Positions 20,401 to 29,334 of a stretch of DNA of 64,000 nt are shown here, piece after piece. A model generated the notes under the pieces. That model saw nothing but the letters and a program-made list of their open reading frames with translations. It searched no databases and had not been told where the DNA came from. The DNA comes from a virus. Made by a program: the position numbers and the translations under genes. Position 1 is the stretch's first letter; the number at the start of each line of letters is the position of its first letter. The stretch spans positions 32,001 through 96,000 of the IMG/VR virus record IMGVR_UViG_3300002307_000034. One strand, given 5' to 3'.

Positions 20401-23400
20401 TTCCAAGTGTTAGCTCTTCTACATTTCTTGTTGCAATTGCTGCAATTTCTTTTTCAGTTACGCCTTGTTGTCTTAATTCTTCATAATAATTTGCTCTTGC
20501 CTGTACACCAATTTTTGTGTATTCTGCATATTGCAAGAAGTTTTTTGTAATTCCTTGAAGTTTATCTTTATCTTCTAATGACCAAGTTAAAATTTCAGTA
20601 AGAACTTTGTTTTGAGTAATTAATTCTTTGCCTGTTGCTGCTAAGTCTTTTGTTACTTTTCCTTCAAGGGCTGCATATTCGGCTTGTATTTTAGCAATTT
20701 GTTGCTCTTCATTAGCCATTCCTTTTGTTGCAGCAAGTTCTTTTTCTTTTGCTGATTGTAATGCTTTTAAGTATACATCTTTATTTCCCGCACCAGTTTG
20801 TCCAACCATCATGTTTGCAAGCTGATTTGGAACTTGTGCCATACCAGCCCACAGCATTGGATTAAATGAACCTGATGGTCCACGAACAACTTTTGGAAGA
20901 TTTACAAGGTGTGCTCTTGAAGCGTTATAAAAATCTGGATTTGTTATTCCTGCATCACGAGCAGCTTCGGCAATTGCATTTTGTTCTCTACGCATAGATT
21001 CAAGCTCATATGGTCTATTTCCTAATGATCTATCAAATGGAACTCTTGCACCAAGAGAGGATGCACCTCCGCCACGACTTGAAAGACCTACTGTATAAAG
21101 TTGAGTTTTTTCAAATCCTGGTAAACCAAGTGCTGCTACCTGATCTCTTACTGATTGAAGAGATGTTTTTAATACTTTTCCTTCTTTTACAAAAGACTCA
21201 AGATATGATACAACTGCTGTTTTAATATCATCAGTCATTGCTGTATCTTCTGCAAACATTTGTTGCAATCTAGATACTTCTGTAGATCTTCTAAAACTAA
21301 ATTCTGTTAATCCAACTACTCCACCAGCGTATCCGCCTAGTGTTCCGTTATTCATTGCATTTAATACTGATCCATATTTTTTAGTTGCATTTGCAGTTAT
21401 TACAGATTCTCCTGGAGCAAGCATTGCGGGAATAGAATCTTTTGTTCCGGAGCCTGGTAATCCAACTACTCCAGATGCAAATCCTGGAAGTCTTACTTGT
21501 ACTCCTTTTCCTCCGCCAATTCCCATAGCTTCTCTTTGTGCTACGGCCAATGCTTCAAATTGCGTGGTTAATTCTGTAATTGATTTACTTAAAATATCAA
21601 ATGCTTTTGCATTACTTGTAATGGATTCTGGCATAAGATCCATTTGATTTCTTGCAGCAATAATTCCAGTATCAAGATTTTCATAGAAATTACGCATATT
21701 ATGAATGCCAGCCATAAACTTATTTTGAGTAGGAAGAGATTCATCCATCCCTTGCCTAAACATTCTAATATAATTAGCACCCTTTAATAAGTTACCTGTT
21801 AAGTTTGCAAATAAACCAATTAACATTAATATTGGTCCAATTACAATCATTCCAACTAATCCGCCACCAAATACTTTTCCTAATATACCAGCTATAGGCC
21901 CAAGCATGTGACCAATTTTTTCAAATGATTTAATTATTTTATCTAATGCTCCAGCTAATCCGCTGAATGAATTTAAAAATGTTTGTCCTATAGGAATTAA
22001 ATCTGCTTTTATTGTTTCTGTCATTCTCTTAAATCTACCACTTGCAGATTCAGTTTGAGTTTTTAATTCTTGTGCTGCTAACTTTGCAAGATCTTGTGAA
22101 GAAGCTCCCATTAATTGAAACACTGTTTGGGTTTGGCTTCCAGCTTTTCCTAAATTATCAATAAGTGCTTGAATTCTTGCTTGTTGGAACTTTCCAAATA
22201 ATTTTTCAATCAGTTGAGCTTTTACAAGTGGATCTAATTTTTGCATAGATACTTGTAATGCTTCAATCATTTTTACTGGATTTCCTCCAGTTGTTGATGC
22301 TATATTTTTTACACTAATTCCATATTGTTTAAAAGCATCTTGTGCTGCTTTAGTTGGATTGATTAATGAAGCAATAGCAGATTTAATTGCGTTTGCAGCT
22401 TGAGCTGCTGGCACACCTGCTTCTTTCATTGCAACCATCATTGCTGCTGTATCTTTAAACGATCCACCTAATTGTGCAACAATTGGTCCTACTCTTGGAA
22501 TTGCATCTACTAAATCTTGTAAGCTTGTTGATGTTTGGTTTTCAACTGCGTTTAAGAAATCAACTGCTTGAGTCAATCCTTGTGTATTTAATTTATAAAC
22601 ATTTTGCAATGAAACGGTAGCTTTCATTGCTTGTGCATGGTCTAATTCTCCGAGTGTTGCAAGCCTTAAAGCTTCTCTTGTTGCATTTATTAAACCTGTT
22701 CCTGTTTGTCCTGTTGCAGCTAAATCTGCTGCCATTGCAGCTGTTTCTTGTACAGAAATGCCAAAACTTCTTGCAAGTTCTGTTCCAAGTGCTGTTACAT
22801 CTTTTCTTACTCCAGCTAAAACTTCTTTTGTTGGTTGCTGTAAACCAGTTCCATAAACTTTAGCTAATCTTGTTAATTCTTGGTCAACTTGTAAAAATGT
22901 TTTAGAGGCTGTTATTCCAAACATAGCCATTGGCATAGTCAAACCAACAGTTAATTGGCGTCCCATCCATTGTGTATTTTTACCAAAATTGATCATCTTC
23001 ATAGCACCATCATTAAGTGCTGTGTTTAATGCTTTTTGATAAAATATAGCTTTTTCTTCAGCAGTAACTACACCATTGATATCTGTTACTAATTTTGCAT
23101 ATCCTGGTCGAAGTGGATCTGCTACTGCAATTGATCTATTTAATCTAGCTTGTGATGTAGCTAGTGCGTCTAATTCTTTAGAAGTACCTTTTGCACTATC
23201 CCGCCAAATTTTATAATAATTATTTAAACTTAATTGTCCTGACGCAAGTTGTTTTCCAAACTTAGTCACACTGTCTGTCATAGCTACATGCTGAATTGTA
23301 AATGCACGAGTAGACAAAACCGCACTATCAAAAGCAGATTGTGCTTGCTTGATAGATGCGGTTGCTTGAGGAGTAAAGGGTCCGCCAACTGACATCTTTT

Positions 23401-23494
23401 GCATAGATGCCATTGCTTCTTTTAATTTTGCAACTTCTGCATAAACTTGTTGGAACTGAGCGTTAGCAACAATGTTTAAAGAAATATTATTCAA
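17477..23494 (-). CDS. tape measure protein
   Basis: 2005 aa, Ala/Gln-rich helical; TP901-like core (LTVGLTMP..ENQTSTSLQDL), Trp-periodic repeats, two GPGT.KSDSIPA.L..GE.V motifs. Confidence 0.95.
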   Translation of the reverse strand: MNNISLNIVANAQFQQVYAEVAKLKEAMASMQKMSVGGPFTPQATASIKQAQSAFDSAVLSTRAFTIQHVAMTDSVTKFGKQLASGQLSLNNYYKIWRDSAKGTSKELDALATSQARLNRSIAVADPLRPGYAKLVTDINGVVTAEEKAIFYQKALNTALNDGAMKMINFGKNTQWMGRQLTVGLTMPMAMFGITASKTFLQVDQELTRLAKVYGTGLQQPTKEVLAGVRKDVTALGTELARSFGISVQETAAMAADLAATGQTGTGLINATREALRLATLGELDHAQAMKATVSLQNVYKLNTQGLTQAVDFLNAVENQTSTSLQDLVDAIPRVGPIVAQLGGSFKDTAAMMVAMKEAGVPAAQAANAIKSAIASLINPTKAAQDAFKQYGISVKNIASTTGGNPVKMIEALQVSMQKLDPLVKAQLIEKLFGKFQQARIQALIDNLGKAGSQTQTVFQLMGASSQDLAKLAAQELKTQTESASGRFKRMTETIKADLIPIGQTFLNSFSGLAGALDKIIKSFEKIGHMLGPIAGILGKVFGGGLVGMIVIGPILMLIGLFANLTGNLLKGANYIRMFRQGMDESLPTQNKFMAGIHNMRNFYENLDTGIIAARNQMDLMPESITSNAKAFDILSKSITELTTQFEALAVAQREAMGIGGGKGVQVRLPGFASGVVGLPGSGTKDSIPAMLAPGESVITANATKKYGSVLNAMNNGTLGGYAGGVVGLTEFSFRRSTEVSRLQQMFAEDTAMTDDIKTAVVSYLESFVKEGKVLKTSLQSVRDQVAALGLPGFEKTQLYTVGLSSRGGGASSLGARVPFDRSLGNRPYELESMRREQNAIAEAARDAGITNPDFYNASRAHLVNLPKVVRGPSGSFNPMLWAGMAQVPNQLANMMVGQTGAGNKDVYLKALQSAKEKELAATKGMANEEQQIAKIQAEYAALEGKVTKDLAATGKELITQNKVLTEILTWSLEDKDKLQGITKNFLQYAEYTKIGVQARANYYEELRQQGVTEKEIAAIATRNVEELTLGIQQMYESAISQGANTPQLMAAVIQQSKLLGLNITNATLAGWEEGIATAAQMRSPSKRAFAQGEQLVEGEVLGVASMLPEAELVGQQLAASTMLGFQQMSLPGMGGGSTFLGMPNMGTPGSQWSPDKGIGSVTTSANKMSGLMGRIKGFAANPMALNMGLMMGVPLAMQTIPNSVGGADLSGAKGTATSAAMTYGMLAMTSATAAFAAPAAAAVIGLKIFSNGMTNAANAAKQANGEIATSYANASNNINAYKMAADGVATHAITITQAKLTESLLNDKLAASQHKVIASTKALTDTYSGVISKAGNSLGGQINAGQVLGTAEGAKAGGSWGNVMKSVLFGGEANIFGKNLNSNNGAGRVLRMLDPFLLGTAGLGKVFPGLAGKGQQNYQAQAQGQLLTQLTKAPTTYEELVNPKYITGFQSAFAALTNVQKATLSSDGAFKSWNDTVGKSDPVLQSLNNTLKAHKVAMQDIIAINQMASAGFFLSQNAILGAGTAAGVKTATSGFAQYQNAIKSDTASAQAAVDAAQAAADAAHANAAKAAAGDTSTAGDKTAIKDYQDKIKLIEKEKTARDNLYNSQLRNIDAQQAQMNLEAEAVKARGSGDLIALAVQQQNQQIQKTKDAMAAAKVAADLSSQNKIDALQAKIDELQAKTSGPGKTISTATQDAALAAAQAALSAAQSGKGAGASKVQSDINIQLEKEYNDWLEKHKSLWQQIAQYVSDAWGWIQKIWDKLTKPVGQWFSTMWKDTKQLASDIWGFIDKIWNKIEKPVASWFSQMWKDIKTWASETWGFVSNIFNAISKPVSGWFTGIWDKISQVIKDIANSVTSVAGIIKSIASGPLGLLNSLFGGLISNLVKKLGLASGGYVMGPGTSKSDSIPANLSNGEYVIQADSVSKYGKSFLDAVNNKSFTVPQSALSAARSSAISDAVSSNNVRFGDNTINVYPPQGADANQVANLVITKINQSVQKQMTRRNV

Positions 23495-23497
23495 TCA

Positions 23498-23809
23498 CTA
23501 GCCCTCCACAACGTGTCCAAGTCCTAAACCAATTCCAAAGCCGTCTTGCTTTGCTCGGAAACCAGTTACCTTGGCTATATCATCATCCTCAGACGATGAA
23601 TTTTCATCTAGGTCCACGCCTTGTAAGGCTGCGAAAAATCTTTTATCTCTTGTGTCTTTTTCACTTATTGCTTTTAATGTAAGCATAAGTTCTTCAACAG
23701 ACATCGAAGATTCAAGTTCTTCGTAATTCTTCCAGTGACCTAGAAGAAAAGCTTCAGATTCTAAAGTGGCGAGATCTAGAGATTCCCAGTTAGATTCGCC
23801 CCTGGGAAG
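23498..23809 (-). CDS. tail assembly chaperone, frameshifted C-terminal part (gpT-like)
   Basis: the -1 frame is open from the slippery site through NWESLDLATLESEAFLLGHWKNYEELESS into ORF 23498..23704. Confidence 0.75.
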   Translation of the reverse strand, partial: LPRGESNWESLDLATLESEAFLLGHWKNYEELESSMSVEELMLTLKAISEKDTRDKRFFAALQGVDLDENSSSEDDDIAKVTGFRAKQDGFGIGLGLGHVVEG

Positions 23810-24117
23810 TTTGGGTCTGTGTCATTTAACTTTAACCCGCCTGCTATTTCAAGAATCTTCATTAGCGTTGGAATTTCGATAGTTGATTCAAATAAATCTC
23901 TATCTAAAGCCAGGTCTGGGGAAAATTGTTCCATGCAGATCATTCCAGCTTCTACAAAAATTTCCATAGCATCTTCTTCAGTTTTAACTGAATCATCTTG
24001 TAACTTTTTTACTACTGCTAGGAATTTCTTTAAATGTTTAATTGTTAATGGTTTAATTGATATTGTTTTATCATTGGACAACTTAATTTCAAGTGTGTCA
24101 TATACTGTTGTTGGCAT
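23776..24117 (-). CDS. tail assembly chaperone (gpG-like)
   Basis: between major tail and tape measure genes. Confidence 0.85.
   Translation of the reverse strand: MPTTVYDTLEIKLSNDKTISIKPLTIKHLKKFLAVVKKLQDDSVKTEEDAMEIFVEAGMICMEQFSPDLALDRDLFESTIEIPTLMKILEIAGGLKLNDTDPNFPGANLTGNL
23809..23815 (-). other. -1 programmed ribosomal frameshift slippery heptamer C CCA AAC
   Basis: X XXY YYZ in the gpG frame; the -1 frame joins the downstream ORF in register. Confidence 0.75.
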
Positions 24118-24174
24118 TTTGCTCCTTTAGGTCTAATCAAAATTATATCAAAATTTATAATAAAAACATAAACA

Positions 24175-24193
24175 CCCCCCATAAAATGGGGGG
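24175..24193 (-). terminator. intrinsic terminator after major tail gene
   Basis: CCCCCCAT-aaa-ATGGGGGG stem, U-rich tail on the minus strand. Confidence 0.75.
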
Positions 24194-24216
24194 CATTTAT
24201 TCACTATATTAAATTA

Positions 24217-24945
24217 TTAGTATGTTGAGTAAACTCTATCAACGATAACGCCATATTCTGCACCGTCGTAATCATCCTTATCGTCTGGAAGACAACGGAA
24301 CTGAACTGGGAATACAGTTGCAGAGTCACGCTTCAAAGCATGTGATGTTACTTCAACTTGAACGATTCTACGTGCTACGTAAATACGTTCTTTCTTTGTT
24401 GTTGTAGATACATCTATTGGAGCTGCTTCTGAACCGATATTGCCTGGGGCATTACCGATTGCAACTAGTGAACGCTCTACTGGAGCATCTCCTAGAGCAC
24501 CTGCTGCTAAATTCAACTTTGCATTTGCTGCGTTTGCAGAAGCAGATGTTCCAACAGTAAGTGTTGAATTTGCTGTTCCAACAGAACCGCTGTATGTAAC
24601 ATACTGGTCTTGCTGGCCAAATACTATGTGAAGGTTTTCAAGAGTAGCTTCATTGAGTTCTGTCTTAAGAAGAACTTTAACTGTTTGCTTGAAAAGACGA
24701 GCTGCATCAAGAAGTTGATCAACCATAACTTCACCATATCCTGGTTCGTATGATACTTCAAGTCCTTGACTTGTGTAACCTAAATCTCTCCATGCATCCT
24801 TACCATTAAGGTAACCTGCTGCCTTTTGAGTTCCCCATGCTAAGTCTCCAGAACCTGGAACTGTTGATGGACGATCTGCACCGTCAGCTGTACTGATAAA
24901 AAGTTGTGCTGCACCTACGATTATATTTTTTACATTTGCTGCCAT
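24217..24945 (-). CDS. major tail protein
   Basis: NIIVGAA start, LGYTSQGLEVSYEP, position before chaperones. Confidence 0.85.
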   Translation of the reverse strand: MAANVKNIIVGAAQLFISTADGADRPSTVPGSGDLAWGTQKAAGYLNGKDAWRDLGYTSQGLEVSYEPGYGEVMVDQLLDAARLFKQTVKVLLKTELNEATLENLHIVFGQQDQYVTYSGSVGTANSTLTVGTSASANAANAKLNLAAGALGDAPVERSLVAIGNAPGNIGSEAAPIDVSTTTKKERIYVARRIVQVEVTSHALKRDSATVFPVQFRCLPDDKDDYDGAEYGVIVDRVYSTY

Positions 24946-25034
24946 TTATTTATTTCACCGCCTTATTTTTTATAAAATTGGGCTAAAATCTTTCCTCGTA
25001 TGTAAATAGTATCATAGGGAAAGAATAATGCCAA

Positions 25035-25541
25035 TTAAAATCTTCCGTTTCCGTCAGTTTTTCTGGAATAGGAATAAGAAAGGGCAATTTGCCCAGTTTG
25101 AAAATCACCTTCAGAACTATAAGGTTCTGGAGAGAAAATATTATCTATAAGTATATGATGAAATTGAAATTCTGTATCTCCTGCAAGATATGTATTAACA
25201 TCTTTTGCACTTTCATCATATCGTCTAAATAGGTCTTGAACTAAATTTGTTATTTTGTTTATTAGCTCATAATTTTGTGAAAATACTGCCAAGGTCATCA
25301 TCTCGTCTGACATCCACCATTGGACTGGAATAGTCTTTACTTCAAAATCATAAATTATATAGCTTTTACCTGGAAGCAAATTGTTAAATTCTGGTACTTG
25401 TTGAACAGGAATTATTGGCACAAGTGCTTCATCAAAACCATCTGCATAATAATCATTTATATCTAGCAAGCCTGAATCTTGAATTTTTTGCCACAAATAT
25501 GATCTAATATTTGCCGAAGCTAATTTATTATAATCTGTCAT
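25035..25541 (-). CDS. tail terminator/neck protein
   Basis: synteny, directly upstream of major tail gene. Confidence 0.6.
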   Translation of the reverse strand: MTDYNKLASANIRSYLWQKIQDSGLLDINDYYADGFDEALVPIIPVQQVPEFNNLLPGKSYIIYDFEVKTIPVQWWMSDEMMTLAVFSQNYELINKITNLVQDLFRRYDESAKDVNTYLAGDTEFQFHHILIDNIFSPEPYSSEGDFQTGQIALSYSYSRKTDGNGRF

Positions 25542-26314
25542 AATACGTATTCATCCTTTGAGTATTGTTTTAATAGATTGGTAACTGCACTTCTAATTTG
25601 TGCTGCTCCCGCACCTTTATTATTTAAAATTTTTGCAGTCTCTGAATCAATTGCTTGAAGTATTCCAGAAGAATTAATTATAGATTCAACTTTTGTTTGA
25701 AACCATGTATTAAAAAATTTTTCAAAAGATCCTTTAACTTGAATGCCACCTGGGTGTTGTATATTTATTAAGGTTCCAGCTGCTACAAAATTAACTTTTG
25801 ATCCATCTGGTATAGGAGTATTTTTAGAAGTTCTATAAATTATAGGGTTGCCTTTTTCCATAACAGAAGCTTTATCTTTAAAGATATTTTTTGAAGAAAC
25901 TATTTTACCATTTCTACCTGGCGTTAATAGTTGTGGAGCAATAGGAACATTTTTCTTTGATTGCATAAAACCTGGTTTTATAATTAATTTTCCATTTGAA
26001 GCTGATTCTTTGTATAAAAAGAATAATCTTTGTGAATTATTACCTGTAGCTCCCCATTCATAAATATGATGATATGCTTTAGGTTTTGCTTTTGCCTCAG
26101 TATTAATTGCTTTAATGAAAGCTTTACCACTTAATGTAAATATAGCATTTGCTAATTCCGTCAATACAGCTTTAGATTGAAGTTCTTTAATTCCGTTTAA
26201 TTTTAAATCAAGTTCTGATTCTATTTTTAAAATATCAAATTTATTTGCCGAGAGTGTTATCATTTTGTATATGTACCCTTTGCAACGTGATTTCATAATA
26301 TGAAACTTTACCAA
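25538..26314 (-). CDS. neck/tail-completion protein
   Basis: synteny; HHIYEWG motif; start likely MITLS (~26263). Confidence 0.55.
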   Translation of the reverse strand: MVKFHIMKSRCKGYIYKMITLSANKFDILKIESELDLKLNGIKELQSKAVLTELANAIFTLSGKAFIKAINTEAKAKPKAYHHIYEWGATGNNSQRLFFLYKESASNGKLIIKPGFMQSKKNVPIAPQLLTPGRNGKIVSSKNIFKDKASVMEKGNPIIYRTSKNTPIPDGSKVNFVAAGTLINIQHPGGIQVKGSFEKFFNTWFQTKVESIINSSGILQAIDSETAKILNNKGAGAAQIRSAVTNLLKQYSKDEYVL

Positions 26315-26690
26315 ATGGATCTAGCACAGCATGAGATGACATTACGTCAAATATAGTATCTGGCATATCAAATTTATCAATTTCAAAATAAACTTGTTTT
26401 CCATCATTTGATTTTATACCTGAGACTCTCCATCTTTTTGAAAATGGGGTTAGGCATTTCATTTTTAACTGAAGCTTTTCATCATATTCATTATGTTTGC
26501 CAATATCAAATCTTTTATTATCTGCTCTATTTGAAGCACCACTAGATTTGATTGGTTCTATCTTACAAGGAATAGTTCTATCATAAACCCATTCTCTTAC
26601 AATAGTCCCGCTTTCAGATGATTGTTTATTTTGCTGAACTAAGACATCAGCAGACATGTTCATGATACTACCAATGAATGAGTTAGGCAT
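26241..26690 (-). CDS. head-to-tail stopper-like protein
   Basis: synteny, size, beta-rich. Confidence 0.55.
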   Translation of the reverse strand: MPNSFIGSIMNMSADVLVQQNKQSSESGTIVREWVYDRTIPCKIEPIKSSGASNRADNKRFDIGKHNEYDEKLQLKMKCLTPFSKRWRVSGIKSNDGKQVYFEIDKFDMPDTIFDVMSSHAVLDPFGKVSYYEITLQRVHIQNDNTLGK

Positions 26691-27631
26691 TAAATAATCA
26701 CAATCCCAACTGTGCGGTAATTATCAAGAATATTATCAACAATCAAATCACCAGTTCCGCTAAATGCTCCACCATCAAGTTCAAATGAAATTTCAGAAAG
26801 ATTAACTTTTTTAAGATATCTTTCTCTCCACTCAGCGTCTCTTGACAATAAGTTCCCAACTAGTCTTATTGCACAAAATTTAACATCGTTTGGAACATAT
26901 GTCCAACCAATTTCTCCATAAACTTTATACCTTGAATGCTCTCTAAATCTTCCACCGTAAAGTGTTGTTACATCCATTTGTCCATCATATTCAGGATTAT
27001 ATGAATCTCTTACAATTCTTAAAGCTTTATTGGTTGTAGAAAGTTCAATATCTGAACCAAATGTGTTATATACTGGATCTTGAGTATAATCAATAATTAA
27101 AACGCCATCTTCATATAATTTTTCAACGCTTATCATTCTTTGCAAAAGCTCCATTTGATTAGAACCATATCCAAATTGTTCTTGATCTCCCCAGGCTCTT
27201 CCAAATGTTTGACTTGTGTAACTTTCAATTTGATAACGTGCAAGACGTTCTGCATAAACTATTTCATCATGGCTTTTGTAATTTAAATCTTGTGGACGTG
27301 TTCCAAAGTTATAATAATCTATTATATCGCTTGCATAAGCGTATGGAGTAAATACTTCATAAAAATCTTCAGAAGATATGGCTTTACCATTTACTGTGTA
27401 ATCCCATTGAAGTCTTAATACACGGTTTAAGTTAGTATATTCTGGATCTAAATCAAATGTATATTTGCCAATAGCGGGGTCATTAAAAGCAACCCCGCCA
27501 GTGCCAACTGGGGTACCATAATTTGCATCAGTAACAGAAACTAAAACGTCTCCATCTGCGTTAGCAAGTTCTCCTCTAACGTAGATTTCAAATTCTGCAT
27601 TTTCAGTTGTTCCTCTAACTATTTGATGCAT
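26690..27631 (-). CDS. head-to-tail adaptor
   Basis: ARYQIESYTSQTF and GWTYVPNDVKFCA gp6/gp15-like motifs. Confidence 0.7.
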   Translation of the reverse strand: MHQIVRGTTENAEFEIYVRGELANADGDVLVSVTDANYGTPVGTGGVAFNDPAIGKYTFDLDPEYTNLNRVLRLQWDYTVNGKAISSEDFYEVFTPYAYASDIIDYYNFGTRPQDLNYKSHDEIVYAERLARYQIESYTSQTFGRAWGDQEQFGYGSNQMELLQRMISVEKLYEDGVLIIDYTQDPVYNTFGSDIELSTTNKALRIVRDSYNPEYDGQMDVTTLYGGRFREHSRYKVYGEIGWTYVPNDVKFCAIRLVGNLLSRDAEWRERYLKKVNLSEISFELDGGAFSGTGDLIVDNILDNYRTVGIVII

Positions 27632-27645
27632 TTATTACCCCCTAT

Positions 27646-28032
27646 TTAATTATAAAACTCTTGTGCCTCTCTTGGGGTTGCTGGGCGAAAGCCTGGCTCT
27701 GTATCAAAGATACGCTGTGCGTCATCTTCAGACATAGCCACAAATGGATGCTGTTGTGTAAACGTATATCCATAAACAGTATATGATGGATTAGCTTTAT
27801 CCATTCTTACCAAGATAGTATTTGCCTTATTAAGATTAATTTTCTTTTCAGGCTTTGGTTCATCTAGCTCAACCTTATCTGCACCGCTAAATTGTGCATA
27901 AGCATCAAATGTGATGCCTTCTTCTGCTAGGGCTGAAATTATAGCTTGCTTTGAAGGTTTTTCTGGAACATCTACTCCAAAACCTTCTGCAATTTTTTTA
28001 AGTTCTGAGATCTTCAATGTGTTAAATGACAT
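27646..28032 (-). CDS. hypothetical head-associated protein
   Basis: LKISELKKIAEGFGV HeH-like N-terminus; follows the capsid gene. Confidence 0.6.
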   Translation of the reverse strand: MSFNTLKISELKKIAEGFGVDVPEKPSKQAIISALAEEGITFDAYAQFSGADKVELDEPKPEKKINLNKANTILVRMDKANPSYTVYGYTFTQQHPFVAMSEDDAQRIFDTEPGFRPATPREAQEFYN

Positions 28033-28086
28033 AGTAATCCTTTCATCTCAAGTAAATTATACCATTTGTATTAATAAAAGTATAAG

Positions 28087-28110
28087 GGGGAAGATAATTA
28101 AATCTTCCCC
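28087..28110 (-). terminator. intrinsic terminator after capsid gene
   Basis: GGGGAAGAT/ATCTTCCCC inverted repeat. Confidence 0.65.
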
Positions 28111-28135
28111 GCTTATTTGCACCTTAAAGGTTATA

Positions 28136-29299
28136 TTAGAATGTGCCTCTTGCGTGTGTCACTGGGTTTGATACCAATGAACCGTGAGTTACAGATCCGA
28201 GTGTACCGAGATCAGTACCTCCAACCTTAACATTCTTTACGATAACGTGTGCGTCATAGTTCTCGAATGCACAGCCGACACGGATGAATAGTGTATATTC
28301 AATTGTGTCTTTCTTTGGCTGGAAGAGACGATAGACAACTACGTCACGCTTAATACCAACTATGAAGTTCTGTGGGAATGTCAAGTGGACATCTCCAAAG
28401 AGACCTGAAGAGTTGTTATAACCGCTTTCTCCATATGCCTTACCCGCTGAATCACGAGTTTCGTCCATAAGAGGAACGTTGATGACTGGAATGCCGAATG
28501 CAAATGGAGTTGTAGATCCTGGTCCGCCGTCGTTTGCGACAACATCACCACGAATAACGCCAGAAGCGATATCCCATGGATTTACTGATCCTGCATTAGC
28601 TGTCAAGTTGTATAGGTAATCTTGTACGAGGTTTGATCCTACGAAGAAGCGAAGCTGATTGCGACGCTGCTTGTACTTACGTGGCAAGGTTTTAATTGCT
28701 GTATTGAATACAGCCTTGTCCAACCCTTGTGCATTACCATCAACAACGTGTGCGTTGGCAATAGCTTGTGCACGGAATCCAGGGAATGCTGACATAAGTC
28801 CGCTTCCTGTACTTCCAACACCGTTGATAAGAGTATCTTCGATATCGTTACCAGCTTGAGTTGCCATCAAACGTGCAATATGATCTTCTAGGTCTGGACC
28901 CTCAAGGTTGTCTTCTAGTGCCTCAGCTGAGAGTTCCCAGTCGAGACGAAGCTTGCGAGTTGTCAAAGAGATCTTTGAGAATGTAGCTGCTGCAGTTGGA
29001 TAACCGCCGTCTTGTGGTCCGAAATTTGTAAAATCACGAGGATTCTCTTCGGATGCTACTGTCATTAATCTTTGTCCTACAGACACACGATCAATTTCTG
29101 TGGTGTTACTACGCATACGGATTGTACGTGCAGCTTTAGCGAGGATAGTCGCATCCCACATGTAGTCAAGGAAACGGTTGGCTTGATCTGGATAGAGAAG
29201 ACCTGTACCTGAAAGGGTACGACCATCGCCTGATAGATCAGAACCTGCTGTTCCGAGATTTGTTGTATCAATTACTTTTTGTAATAGTTCGTTGCTCAT
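28136..29299 (-). CDS. major capsid protein (HK97 fold)
   Basis: 387 aa, strongly biased codons, KLRLDWELSAEALEDN, follows protease. Confidence 0.9.
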   Translation of the reverse strand: MSNELLQKVIDTTNLGTAGSDLSGDGRTLSGTGLLYPDQANRFLDYMWDATILAKAARTIRMRSNTTEIDRVSVGQRLMTVASEENPRDFTNFGPQDGGYPTAAATFSKISLTTRKLRLDWELSAEALEDNLEGPDLEDHIARLMATQAGNDIEDTLINGVGSTGSGLMSAFPGFRAQAIANAHVVDGNAQGLDKAVFNTAIKTLPRKYKQRRNQLRFFVGSNLVQDYLYNLTANAGSVNPWDIASGVIRGDVVANDGGPGSTTPFAFGIPVINVPLMDETRDSAGKAYGESGYNNSSGLFGDVHLTFPQNFIVGIKRDVVVYRLFQPKKDTIEYTLFIRVGCAFENYDAHVIVKNVKVGGTDLGTLGSVTHGSLVSNPVTHARGTF

Positions 29300-29334
29300 T
29301 TATTTATTTCACCGCCTTTGTTTTTGTTGATTTT

